Shown piece by piece: positions 1 through 14,290 of a DNA stretch of 64,000 nucleotides. Origin of the DNA: Octopus vulgaris (Eukaryota); assembly GCA_951406725.2 (NCBI GenBank), contig OX597819.1, forward strand, positions 29,202,001-29,266,000. Direction: 5' to 3'. A program made the position numbers and the translations under genes. Position 1 is the first letter of the stretch; every line of letters begins with the position of its first letter. The notes under the pieces are model-generated. The model worked only from the letters and a program-made list of their open reading frames with translations, was not told the DNA's origin and made no database searches.

Positions 1-737
1 TTAAAAATGGGTGCCTTTTGAATTGACCGAAAGCAACCGCAAATCCTGAGTAGACGTGTTTTACTCTCCATTCTTGCAATCTCATTTCAACCTTTTTGGA
101 TAGACTTGTCATTGGTGACAAAAAATTGGATCTTCTATCAAAATGTTAAATTTCATAAACAGTGGCTTGGTAAAAGGGAAAAAAGCTCAACCACAACCGA
201 GAAGGGAACTTCATGGGGAAAAGGTTCTTCCCTCTATCTGGTGGGATTGCAAAGGAGTAATTCACTTTGAATTGTTACCACCTAATGCAACAATCAATGC
301 TCAAGTCTACTGCCAGCAATTAGAGCGTTTGAACCAAGCTTTGAAGAAAAAAAGATCCACTTTAGTGAATCGAAAAGGAGTGATATTTCATCAGGACAAT
401 GCATGACCCCACAGTGCAAAGATCACATCACAGAAGATCGAAGAGCCTTACTCTCCTGACCTTGCTCCTTCAGACTACCTTCATAGATTACAGAATCATT
501 TGGGGGACATAACTTTCACAAGCCAGGAGGAGATCAAAACTGACATTTCAGAGTTTTTCGCTTTGAAACCAAAAGTGTTTTACATTGATGGGATTAAAAA
601 GCTTGTAAATAGATGGTAGGAAGTCATAGATAATCAGGGAAAGTACATTGATGATTAAATTTCAATTAAATATAAAATTTTTTATCACTTGCTTTCTTTA
701 TTCAAAATTCGGACAGAACTTATGGAATGACCTGATA
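1..737 (+). mobile_element. Mariner (Tc1/mariner) transposon, 3' part, decayed transposase
   Basis: Translated motifs WWDCKGVIHFELL, FHQDNA*PH, PYSPDLAPSDY, GIKKLVNRW*EVIDNQGKYID with stops and frameshifts. Mariner-type terminal repeat CGGACAGAACTTATGGAATGACCTGA followed by TA. Confidence 0.93.
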
Positions 738-743
738 TATCCA

Positions 744-787
<44 letters not shown>

Positions 788-788
<1 letters not shown>

Positions 789-1504
789 ATATACAAAATG
801 GGACAAGAATGCAAAACATCCGGATAACTAGGTGTTACAAAAAGGGTCAACAAAACATCCAGATAGACGATACAAAAAACACGGATGGGTTATTCGAAGC
901 CTTTAATCTTCAGTTGAGAACCAGATCATCCTCACAATTTCGGCTGATTAATTTTGAGATTGCTCCAATCTGGCCAGCTCCAAGGAAAAACTAAGCTAAG
1001 AGCATTAGATTCCTTGGAAAAAAAGCATTGAATGTATATGAAATAAGGACGGAAAAACGGACGATGTTACACGAATATAAATACAAAAATAATACAAAAA
1101 AAAACAATAATAATAATAATAATAACAGGGCATAACAACAGGTGTCTTTCGACTGGAGACGAATTGAATTCAGCTGGTGTGTCGGGAGTTAAGCCTTACG
1201 GCAGAGAGAATGATATTGATGTGACAGTGACCGTGGTCAAACGCAAAAGGGCTAGCAGTCGGCCAACAGTCATGTGAGAAGAGAAGAGAGAGAAAAAAAA
1301 GAACAAAGGAATTAAGGAGGGGGAAGAGAGAGAGAGAGTGTGTACGCGGAAGAATCATGGAGAGGTGAGAAATAAAGAGAGACAGGGACATAGTGAAGTG
1401 CAAAGTAAGAAAGGCAAAGAATGTGAGAGAGAGTGTTGAAGAGGTCGTACAAAATTTAGTGAAATGTGTACTTACATATAAGAGAACAAAGTGTACGTAC
1501 ACCG

Positions 1505-1505
<1 letters not shown>
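788..1505. mobile_element. Interspersed repeat inserted in (TA)n, class uncertain (possibly Penelope-related)
   Basis: Flanked by (TA)n on both sides. Its first ~80 bp recur at 1538-1622, and ~400 bp recur inverted at ~2290-2657. Confidence 0.65.
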
Positions 1506-1540
<35 letters not shown>

Positions 1541-1679
1541 AATACAAAATGGGACAGGAATGCAAAACATCCAGACAGTTAGGTGATACAAAAAGGGACA
1601 ACAAAACATCTAGATAGACGATATTTACATGCATGCACACGCGCGCATGCACACACACACACACACACACATACATACG

Positions 1680-1721
<42 letters not shown>

Positions 1722-1969
1722 CTGAGGGATTAAAATTAATTAAAAGACATACTAATTATTTCTACCTGCTGGAAATAACAGTCAAAACTCTTATTTGAAT
1801 CACCAAAATAAACTTAAATCCTTCAGCTATTTAATGCCTATATTATTGATTCTGTTATCATTTTTAAATTGTTACACTAGATAATAATAGAGTCAATGAT
1901 ATCTTCGCAAATTATTTTCTTGTGAATTATTTTTTCTCATGAATTATTTGCTCCATATTGAAATATATG

Positions 1970-2018
<49 letters not shown>

Positions 2019-2289
2019 TATAAATTTATATATGTATATACATATATGAAAATAATAGCAACAGAAGCAGTATTTATTTCAAAAGACAATCTTTATTCTC
2101 AACTTAATGTGGATGTTATGTGAGAACTGAGAATACTGCAGTATTTAACTTCGGAGGACCTCTCATATGGACCTGTAGAGCATAAACAAACTTGTATTGA
2201 TATTGTTAACAGGGAGTTCTTGTCTGTCAACTATATATATATATATATTCTTCCCTGTGCCTATGAAATCTTGTATCCCTGCCATAAGG

Positions 2290-2652
2290 CTTTACTTCCA
2301 CACACACCAGCTTAATTTAATGTGTCTTTAGTCGAAAGACACCTGTTGCTATGTCCTGTTTTTTGTATTTGTGTAACTTTATCCATTTTAATGTCCTTGT
2401 TTTAATATACATTCGCTGCTTTCTTCCAAGGAATCTAATGCTCTTAGTTTAGTTTTTCATTGGGGCTGGTCAGATAAGAGCAATCTCGAGTATAACAAGC
2501 TGAAATTGCAAAGATAATCTGGAACTCAACTGAGGAAAGAAAATCCCGAATGACCCATCCTTGTTTACTTTGTATCGTCTATCTGGATCTTTTGTTGTCT
2601 ATTTTTTGTATCACTTAACTGTCTGGATGTTTTGCGTTCTTGTCTCATTTTG

Positions 2653-2657
<5 letters not shown>
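2290..2657. repeat. Diverged inverted copy of the 788-1200 segment
   Basis: TCCAAGGAATCTAATGCTCTTAG and GGATGTTTTGCGTTCTTGTCTCATTTTGTATT are reverse complements of parts of 790-1020. Confidence 0.8.
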
Positions 2658-2683
<26 letters not shown>

Positions 2684-2685
<2 letters not shown>

Positions 2686-2870
2686 GTAATCCCTCTGTGA
2701 TAGGTGAAAATATACAAAAGAGAAACAGTACTGTACTGTACATTTTTTTAGTTACTTTTATAATTTGTATATATTTATATTATTATAAATGCAAAACAAC
2801 ACAACGGAGGAATTGATGTAAGCTTAAATAATAAACTGTGATAGACGAACCATGATATGGCAAGGGATTA

Positions 2871-2873
<3 letters not shown>
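2684..2873. mobile_element. Tigger/pogo-type MITE
   Basis: Terminal inverted repeats AGTAATCCCT...AGGGATTACTG with TA on both sides. Confidence 0.65.
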
Positions 2874-2945
<72 letters not shown>

Positions 2946-3211
2946 TGTTTGCTTTTATGTTGTTATGATAAAAAAATTTTACATTAGTCTGAAAGTTTTC
3001 TCATTATTTTGGTAGAGTATAAATTTATTTTTCTTCATCAAAAACAGTGTTGACAGTGATTTCAAAGTTTTGGCCAGCTAAGCCATCATTGGAGTATGTG
3101 TGTGTATATGTGTATATAGGGAGAGTTTACAAAAAAAAACAACAAAAGACGAAGACATGTGGTGTACAAACAAGCAGATGTATTAGTATAACGCTCAGGA
3201 ATAGAAAAAGT

Positions 3212-3247
3212 CTTTTACGTTTCGAGCCTACGCTCTTCTACAGAAAG
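3212..3247 (-). ncRNA. Minimal hammerhead-like motif with variant core, inside a TA-flanked element (~3117-3320)
   Basis: Minus strand reads cttt CTGTAGAA GAGC-gtag-GCTC GAAA CG TA aaag. Stems I and II pair; the core has T at canonical A6. Confidence 0.5.
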
Positions 3248-3316
3248 GGGCACAGAAAACAAGGAGAGAAAAAAAACGTGTGTAGTGGCTAACGATCTAT
3301 CATGGCATCTGACTCG

Positions 3317-3352
<36 letters not shown>

Positions 3353-3777
3353 CCTACAAACACATACATACTTCAATACCTATACATATATATTTCTTTA
3401 TATATCCATATATATACACATATATACCTACATATTTATTTATATAGATATACATATGTACATACACACAGAGGCACATATAAATACTTATAGGCATACA
3501 TATACAAACACCCTCATGATGAACTTCCACAGTTTCCATTCCTCAAATTTCACTCAGAACTTGTCAACAGAAAGCTACATTTACCCAAGGTTCATTCAGT
3601 AGGATCAAACCCAAAACCATGTGGTTGAGAACTGAACTAAACCCCAACTCTAGCAATTATTTTGAATTTTAAATATCTAAGCATGTTTATACATTTGTGT
3701 GTATGTATGTATGTATGTACATGTATGTATGTATGTATTTACATGTATGTATGTATGTTTCTATCAATCTATCCTCA

Positions 3778-4155
3778 TTCTTTTACTTGTTTCAGTCATT
3801 TGACTGCTGCCATACTGGAGCACCACATTAAAGGGTTTTTTTTTAGGTCGGAGAAATCAACTCCAAGACTTATTCTTTGTAAGCCAAGAACTTATTCTAT
3901 CAGTTTCTTTTGCTGAACTGCTAAGTTACGGGGACGTAAACACACCAACATCGGTTATCAGTTGATGGTGATGGAGACAAACAGACACAAAGACACACAC
4001 ACATGACTGGTTTCTTCCAGTTTCCATCTGCCAAACCCACTCACAAGGTTTCTATCAGCCCGAATCTATAGAAGACACTTGTCCAAGGTGCCATGCAGTA
4101 GGACTGAACCCAGAACCATGTAGTTGGGAAGTAAGCTTTTCATCATACAGCCATG
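3778..4155 (-). mobile_element. tRNA-derived CORE-like SINE (family B)
   Basis: Reverse complement of the element at 42745-43160 (ACCTTGG.CAAGTGTCTTCTA body, ACTGAAACAAGTAAAAGA tail). Confidence 0.8.
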
Positions 4156-5389
4156 TCTTCCACCCACCTTCCTACCTACCTACCTACAACTCATTTTTTT
4201 CTTCACGAATCTCAAGACCAATTTATATGTTTATACATCAAACAGTAAGTAATTTAGAGTCAAAACCTTAACTGTGTTCCAAGGTTCTATATCTATAGAG
4301 ATAAAGGAAAGACAGAAAGAATTGATATGTTTGAAGCTATGAGAAACAAAAATGAACAAGAGTGTGTATCTTGTAGTGAAAGCGAAAGTATACAATGAAG
4401 TAATTAAAAGAATGGCTGGATGGAAATAAAAGAAAGTGCTATAAGGAAGAAATGAGAACAGAAAATGAATGTAAAAAAGACATGGCAAAATAAAAAGATG
4501 AAAATGAAAAATATGAAAACGAAAAGAGAGACAAAACTGACAAGAAACCTCACTGATTAAAAACAAGGTTCTTTTGTCAGATTAAAACATGTTGCATATG
4601 TGCCAATCTTGGATCAGAAGCTCCTTTAACTACATCTTTTGTAAACACTTCCTCTTTTTCATCCAACAGATCTAGCCATAGAATTACTAAACAACTTGTC
4701 AAATGGTCAATTGTTTTCTTTCGTTTCTGTCTTTCTATCGGGATTTCATTTCATTTCATGGAAAAGCAGATTTATCTTAAAAGATAATAAGGGGAATATT
4801 TTTCTTTTCTTTTCTCGAATATTTTAAAGACTTTCATTGACTTAATTAAGAATTTAGAAGAAATTAATTAGAACCTATTTTTTTTTCTGCTTTCTATTTT
4901 TTTTTTTTTTTATTTATAATATATTTTTTTGAGTACTATGTCAATTAAAGAAGAAAAGCTGCATCCATGCCATTTTCCAGAGTTTCTGAGACTGATAGGA
5001 GGAAGAATGAAAATTGTACTCAAGCCAGCAACATGACTTGAATGCTTACAAAAGCACAAACTCTTCTAAAGCCTCCCAAAGGGCCAGAAGGTGCTCTAAA
5101 ACCAGACTATTGAATAAATCTACCATCTAAATCAGTAACAACCCATTTAATACACTTCCACATAGTTTCCATCTACCAAATTTCATTCTCAATCCACATC
5201 AATGTTAAATAAAGTAGGTGAACTACTTAACTGTACATCAATGCTATGCTGGTTATCTTTCAATCTTCTAAACTTGTTTCTTTGCCTCTCTAATTCCTTA
5301 AATATTGGTAAGTACATTAATGACTGGAGCAACTACTTCACAAATAGTCAATAGAAAATTCGGTTAACTTTGTTGAATTTCTATCTCAA

Positions 5390-5665
5390 ACACACAAACA
5401 TATTTATATACATATACAAATACACACACACACATATATATATACATATACAAATACACACACACACATATATATATACATATACAAATACACACACACA
5501 CACATATATATATACATATACAAATACACACACATACACACACATATATATATATATATACAAATACACACACACACATATATATATACATATACAAATA
5601 CACACACACACACACATATATATATAAACATATCTAAATACATACAAATACATATATACATACAA
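5390..5665. repeat. Compound (CA)n/(TA)n minisatellite, unit ~TACAAATA(CA)n(TA)nCATA
   Basis: Directly visible. Confidence 0.95.
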
Positions 5666-5679
5666 AAAAAAGACACAGA

Positions 5680-5960
5680 CCATGGGATTGCACCTACAAA
5701 GTTACCCTCCTAGACACAAGTCCGGGCGAGGTTGTTTATGGAAGACCAGCAGTTGCCCATGCATACCAGCCTCCCCTCTCCATGCCACCAGTGTTATCCA
5801 AGGCACCAGTGACGTCGCAGCTCATTTCTACAGCTGAGTGAACTGGAGCAATGTGAAATAAAGTGCCTTGCTCAAGAACACAACACGCAGCCTGGTCAGG
5901 GATTCGAGCTCACAACCTCACAATCGTAAGCTCGACGCTCTAACCACTGAGCCATGCGCC
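5680..5960 (-). mobile_element. tRNA-derived SINE (family E)
   Basis: Minus-strand head GGCGCATGGCTCAGTGGTTAGAGCG (A box) ... GCTCGAATCCC (B-box-like). Related copy at 39678-40010. Confidence 0.8.
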
Positions 5961-5963
5961 TTC

Positions 5964-6384
5964 TATACATATATACACACATATATGTGCATATATATAT
6001 ATATACATACATATATCTATATATACATATATACACACATATATGTGCATATATATATATATACATATATCTATATATACATATATACACACATATATGT
6101 GCATATATATATATATACATATATCTATATATACATATATACACACATATATGTGCATATATATATATATATACATATATCTATATATACACACATATAT
6201 GTGCATATATATATATACATATATCTATATATACATATATACACACATACATATATATATATACGCATATATACATATATATATATATTTACATATATAC
6301 ATACACATATATGTATATATACATATACATATATATATATACATATACATATATATATACATATACATATATATATACATATAC

Positions 6385-6461
<77 letters not shown>

Positions 6462-7046
6462 CATACATATACATATATATATACATATACATATATACAT
6501 ACATATACATATACTTATATACACATATATACATATATATACATATACATATATATACATATACATATATACATATACATATATACATATACATATATAC
6601 ATATACATATATACATATACACATATACATATATACATATATATATATATACATATACATATATACATATACATATATACATATACATACATATATACAT
6701 ATACATATATACATATACATATATACATATATATACATACATATACATATATACATATACATATATATACATATATATACATATACATACATATATATAC
6801 ATATACATATATATATACATGTATATACATATACATATATATACATATATATACATATATATACATATACATATATATACATATATATACATATACATAT
6901 ATATACATATATATACATATACATATACATATACGTATATATACATATACATATATATATACATATATACGTATATATACATATATATACATATACATAT
7001 ATATACATATACATATACATATATATACATATACATATATATATAT
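5964..7046. repeat. (TA)n/(TACATA)n microsatellite array
   Basis: Directly visible; opens with ~40-bp units containing GTGCA and ATCTA. Confidence 0.97.
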
Positions 7047-7583
7047 TTAAGTAGTTGAATAAATTATCCTAGTATGGATAATTCGGTTAACCGATACCTG
7101 GGTAGCAAATTCACGTCAGAAAAACACGGTTGAAGCTACATGCCAAGGGCAGAGATCACGTGCTTTCGTGTGAAAATTTGTGTGTTTTTCAATACAAGTA
7201 AATGAAAGAATGGAGTTGAACGACGATTTAACAAAATTCCTTTATTCTCAACATATGTTTTGAAGGCTGCATATTCCTAATTTGAAGGAATAAGGGGTGC
7301 ATTATGCTGCCTTCTCATCAGGAGAGACAAGGAACTTATGTCAGCATCAAGATGAACAAAAACTCTTAGATGACTGCCCACTTGGAGTCCATAGCGATAA
7401 TCTAAGAGTTTTTGTTCATCTTGATGCTGACATAAGTTCCTTGTCTCTCCTGATGAGAAGGCAGCATAATGCACCCCTTATTCCTTCGAAATTAGGAATA
7501 TGCAGTCTTCGAAACATATGTCGAGAATAAAGGAATTTTGTAAATCGCCGTTCAACTCCATTCTTTCATTTATTTGTATTAAA
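7047..7583. mobile_element. Asymmetric palindromic element with hammerhead ribozyme (Penelope-like/retrozyme-type)
   Basis: Arms 7191-7371 and 7400-7580 are near-perfect inverted repeats around a 28-nt spacer, with a unique extension at 7047-7190. Flanked by TA arrays. Confidence 0.85.
7446..7526 (+). ncRNA. Type I hammerhead ribozyme
   Basis: tctc CTGATGA GAAGGCAGCATA...TATGCAGTCTTC GAAA CATATG TC gaga. Complete core, stem I tctc/gaga, long stem II, palindromic short stem III, GUC cleavage triplet. Confidence 0.85.
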
Positions 7584-7585
7584 AA

Positions 7586-8418
7586 ATATATACATATATA
7601 TATATATATATATACATATATACATATATATATACATATATATATATATTCAGATACATATATATATATTCATATACATATATATATATATTCAGATACA
7701 TATATATATATTCATATACATATATATATATTCATATACATATATATATATATATTCATATACATATATATATATTCATATACATATATATATATATATT
7801 CATATACATATACATATATTCATATATACATATACATATATATATATATATTCATATACATATATACATATACATATATATATATATATTCATATACATA
7901 TATTCATATACATATATATATATATATTCATATACATATATTCATATATATATATATATATATATTCATATACATATATTCATATACATATATATATATA
8001 TATATATTCATATACATATATTCATATACATATATATATATATATATCATATACATATATTCATATACATATATATATATATATATTCATATACATATAT
8101 TCATATACATATATATATATATATTCATATACATATATTCATATACATATATATATATATATATTCATATACATATATTCATATACATATATATATATAT
8201 ATTCATATACATATATTCATATACATATATATATATATATATTCATATACATATATTCATATACATATATATATATATATATTCATATACACATATACAT
8301 ATATATATATATATATTCATATACATATATTCATATACATATATATATATATATATTCATATACACATATACATATATACATATATATATTCATATACAT
8401 ATATATATATATATATTC

Positions 8419-8461
<43 letters not shown>

Positions 8462-9555
8462 TATACATATATATATATATTCATATACATATATATATAT
8501 ATTCATATACATATATATATATATTCATATACATATATATATATATTCATATATATATATATTCATATACATATATATATATATTCATATACATATATAT
8601 ATATATATATATCATATACATATATATATATATATATATATTCATATACATATATATATATATATTCATATACATATATATATATATTCATATACATATA
8701 TATACATATATATATATATATTCATATACATATATATATATATATTCATATACATATATATATATATATTCATATACATATATATATATATATTCATATA
8801 CATATATATATATATATTCATATACATATATATATTCATATACATATATATATATATATTCATATACATATATATATATATTCATATACATATATATATA
8901 TATATTCATATACATATATATATATATATTCATATACATATATATATATATATTCATATACATATATATATATATTCATATACATATATATATATATTCA
9001 TATACATATATATATATATATATTCATATACATATATATATATATTCATATACATATATATATATATTCATATACATATATATATATATTCATATACATA
9101 TATATATATATATTCATATACATATATATATATATTCATATACATATATATATATATATTCATATACATATATATATATATATTCATATACATATATATA
9201 TATATTCATATACATATATATATATATTCATATACATATATATATATATATATTCATATACATATACATATATATATATTCATATACATATACATATATA
9301 TATATTCATATACATATATATATATTCATATACATATATATATATTCATATACATATATATATATTCATATACATATATATATATATATATTCATATACA
9401 TATATATATATATATTCATATACATATATATATATATATTCATATACATATATATATATATATTCATATACATATATATATATATATTCATATATATATA
9501 TATATATTCATATACATATATATATATTCATATACATATATATATATATATATTC

Positions 9556-9602
<47 letters not shown>

Positions 9603-9787
9603 TATACATATATATATTCATATACATATATATATATTCATATACATATATATATATTCATATACATATATATATATTCATATACATATATATATATTCA
9701 TATACATATATATATATATATATTCATATACATATATATATATATATATTCATATACATATATATATATTCATATACATATATATAT

Positions 9788-9827
<40 letters not shown>

Positions 9828-10184
9828 TATATTCATATACATATATATATTCATATACATATATTCATATACATATATATATATTCATATATATATATAT
9901 ATATATATATTCATATACATATATTCATATACATATATATATATTCATATATATATATATATATATATATTCATATACATATATTCATATACATATATTC
10001 ATATACATATATATATATTCATATACATATATATATATTCATATACATATATTCATATACATATATTCATATACATATATTCATATACATATATTCATAT
10101 ACATATATTCATATACATATATTCATATACATATATATATATTCATATACATATATATATATTCATATACATATATATATATTC

Positions 10185-10280
<96 letters not shown>

Positions 10281-10282
10281 TC

Positions 10283-10325
<43 letters not shown>

Positions 10326-10512
10326 TATACATATATATATATTCATATACATATATATATATATCATATACATATATTCATATATATATATATATATATA
10401 TATATTTCATATACATATATTCATATACATATATATATATATATATATATTCATATACATATATTCATATACATATATATATATATATATATATATTCAT
10501 ATACATATATTC

Positions 10513-10555
<43 letters not shown>

Positions 10556-10574
10556 TATACATATACATATATTC

Positions 10575-10621
<47 letters not shown>

Positions 10622-10626
10622 TATAC

Positions 10627-10666
<40 letters not shown>

Positions 10667-10671
10667 TATAC

Positions 10672-10710
<39 letters not shown>
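7586..10710. repeat. ~3.1 kb array of TTCATATACA(TA)n
   Basis: Directly visible. Confidence 0.97.
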
Positions 10711-10714
<4 letters not shown>

Positions 10715-10795
10715 TTAATTAGGTAGAAATCAATATTTATCAATTAAAACCAGTGGTCTAGCATATTAAAAAAGAATCCGAAGATTAAAATATTT

Positions 10796-10938
10796 ATATA
10801 TACCAATTAGGGATTGAACACGAAAAGTGGACAGTCAACATGCTAGATATAGACGTCAAATCGTCTATATCTATTTGACGTCTATATCTAGCATGTTGAC
10901 TGTCCACTTTTCGTGTTCAGTCCTTAATTGGTATATAT
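10796..10938. repeat. Near-perfect palindrome (~65-bp arms) between TA arrays
   Basis: ACCAATTAGGGATTGAACACGAAAAGTGGACAGTCAACATGCTAGATATAGACGTCAAAT and its reverse complement around the spacer CGTCTATATCT. Confidence 0.92.
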
Positions 10939-10980
10939 ATACATATACATACATATACATACATATACATACATATACAT

Positions 10981-11011
<31 letters not shown>

Positions 11012-11192
11012 CATGTACATATATATATACATGTACATATATATATACATATACATATATATATACATATACATATATATATACATATACATATATATAT
11101 ACATATACATATATATATACATATACATATATATATACATATACATATACATATATATATACATATACATATACATATACATATATATATAC

Positions 11193-11223
<31 letters not shown>

Positions 11224-11282
11224 CATATATATATATACATATATATATATATACATATATATATATACATATATATATATAC

Positions 11283-11313
<31 letters not shown>

Positions 11314-11451
11314 CATACATATATACATACATATATACATACATATATACATACATATATATATATACATACATATATACATACATATATACATACATAT
11401 ATACATACATATATACATACATATATATATATACATACATATATATATACA

Positions 11452-11491
<40 letters not shown>

Positions 11492-11686
11492 CATACATAT
11501 ATATATACATACATATATATATACATACATATATATATACATACATATATATATACATACATATATATATACATACATATATATATACATACATACATAT
11601 ATACATACATACATATATACATACATACATATATACATATATATATACATATATATATATACATATATATATACATATATATATAC

Positions 11687-11721
<35 letters not shown>

Positions 11722-11884
11722 CATATATATATACATATATATATACATATATATACATATATATATACACATATATATATACATATATATATACATATAT
11801 ATATACATATATATATATACATATATATATACATATATATATATACATATATATATATAAATATATATATACATATATATATAC

Positions 11885-11919
<35 letters not shown>

Positions 11920-11959
11920 CATATATATATACATATATATACACATATACATATATATA

Positions 11960-11993
<34 letters not shown>

Positions 11994-12502
11994 TATATAC
12001 ATATATATATACACACATATATATATACACATATATATACACACATATATATATACACATATATACACATATATACATATATATATACACACATATATAT
12101 ATACACATATATATATATATACACATATATATATATATACATATATATATATACACATATATATATATACATATATATATATACACATATATATATACAC
12201 ATATACATATATATATACACATATATATACATATATATATATATACATATATATATACATATATATATATATACATATATATATACATATATATATATAC
12301 ATATATATACATATACATATATATACATACATATATATACATATACATATATATACATACATATATATACATATATATACATATATATACATATATACAT
12401 ATATATATACATATATACATATACATATATACATATATATATACATATACACATATACATATATACATATATATATACATATACATATATACATATACAT
12501 AT
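10932..12502. repeat. (TA)n/(TACA)n microsatellite array
   Basis: Directly visible. Confidence 0.97.
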
Positions 12503-12780
12503 ATTGCATATCATATTTGAAATTTTTTACTTATATCTCTTTATCTTTTTACTATTAATGTATATCTCTTTTTGTATAATGCCTCTACTCATATGTAATG
12601 GTGTATTAAAGTATTGGGTATCATCGGATAGTTGATGTTTTATTGATTTAAGTATGTTTCTCCATTCTCTAATTTTGTAACATATATATATATACATATA
12701 TATATATATACATATACATATACATATATACATATATATATATACATATATATACATATACATATACATATATACATATA

Positions 12781-13141
12781 CGGTGGCTGCCCCCTCGTTA
12801 TCGAGTATGGCCATTGCACGAAGCTTAATCAATGTTGTTATCGTGCAATGCCTGTGCAAGAAGATTTTTTTTAAAGTGAAGAAAGGCTGTGCACTGAGTC
12901 AATCCCACTCACTAAGCAACAGCAGCCATAATCCGAAAAGAACAAGTCAACATCATCGGTAACCACTGAGCCGCAGGTTTTATGTTGGAGTTATCCCAGT
13001 TACCTGAGTTACCGTCTCCTAGAAGGATACCCTAACAAAAGCTAGGAGTCCTTCACTCCCAATGGTTTAACCACGCGATCAGATATTCAGTCCGATTATT
13101 TCTGTGTCCCCACATGTCTTAAGGATACATCCTTAAGACAT
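12781..13141 (-). mobile_element. Probable RTE-tailed non-autonomous retroelement
   Basis: Minus-strand end ATGGCCATACTCGATAACGAGGGGGCAGCCA resembles RTE/BovB 3' termini. Confidence 0.4.
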
Positions 13142-13230
13142 TATATATATATAAGACATTATACATATATATACACACATACATACATATACATACATAT
13201 ATATACATACAAAAGTAGACAGATAGGTAA

Positions 13231-13283
<53 letters not shown>

Positions 13284-13472
13284 AGAAACATAGATAGACA
13301 GACCAGACAGACAGATATACAGATAGAAAGATAGACAAACACACAGACATACTCACATAAAGCTAGACATACTGACAGACAGTCAAATAGACAGATGGCT
13401 TGACAGACATTATATATAGACAGAGAGAAAGATATACAGACACACATATTTATGGAGATAACAGACAGGAAG

Positions 13473-14290
13473 ACAGCTTCAGTACTACGGACATGTTATT
13501 AGAATATCGCCAGAAAGGACTTCAGAACGGATTGTTCAAGCTGAGTCAACTGAGGCAGCCAGAGATTGAAGTGGTTGGGTAATGTTTATCCCCTCTTAAA
13601 CGTGGACAAAACATTAGAACAAAATGTACTGCGGAAGATGTCATGAGTGAAACTGTGGTAAACAAAGAATGAAATTATTGGACGGAGGTAATTTTTATCC
13701 CCACTTCAACCTGGATGTTCTGTGAGAACTAACTATGGTAGATACCATGAAAGACACCTTCATATTTTGCACCAAATACCTATTTCTTTATTACCCACAA
13801 GGGGCTAAACACAGAGGGGACAAACAAGGACAGATAAATGGATTAAGTCGATTACATCGACCCCCCAGTGCGTAACTGGTACTTAATTTATCAACCCCAA
13901 AAGGATGAAAGGCAAAGTCGACCTCGGCGGAATTTGAACTCGCAACGTAACGACAGACGAAATACAGCTACGCATTTCACCCGGCGTGCTAACGTTTCTG
14001 CCAGCTCGCTGCCTTATTTTGCACCATATATGATGTGAGAAACTCTTGCATTTGCACGAAAGGCCAATATGGGAGCTTCTCTCATGAAATCTTCCGCAGC
14101 ACATTTTGTTCTAATGTTTTGTCCACGTTTAAGTGGGGATAAACATTACCCAACCATTTCAACCTTTGGCTACCTCAGTTGGCTCAGCTTGAACAATCCG
14201 TTTTGAAATCCTTTCTAGCAATATTCTAATAACATTTCAATAGCACTGAAGCTGTGACCTCTCAATGCAAAGAAGTGGCATCAGTTTGGT
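13473..14290. mobile_element. Inverted duplication of an RTE-LINE 3' fragment (~195-bp arms) with a nested SINE
   Basis: Arms 13473-13667 and ~14061-14255 are inverted repeats. They translate as QLQYYGHVIRISPERTSERIVQAE and LLCIERSQLQ.., matching the RTE C-terminal RSQL.W.GHV.RM motif. Confidence 0.75.
13775..14014 (-). mobile_element. tRNA-derived SINE, Meta/MESC-like core (family A), full length with TSD
   Basis: Head GGCAGCGAGCTGGCAGAAACGTTAGCACG, B box GAGTTCAAATTCC, core GCCTTTCATCCTTT.GGGGT.GATAAAT. TSD TATTTTGCACCA at 13763-13774 and 14015-14026. Confidence 0.9.

Noticed and set aside
7277-7530. Near-identical ORFs on both strands
   Set aside because: A consequence of the DNA palindrome; no recognisable protein.
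5868-12635. Long ORFs of 240-930 aa rich in Y/I/H/T
   Set aside because: They are translations of stop-free TA/CA microsatellites and are open in several frames and on both strands.
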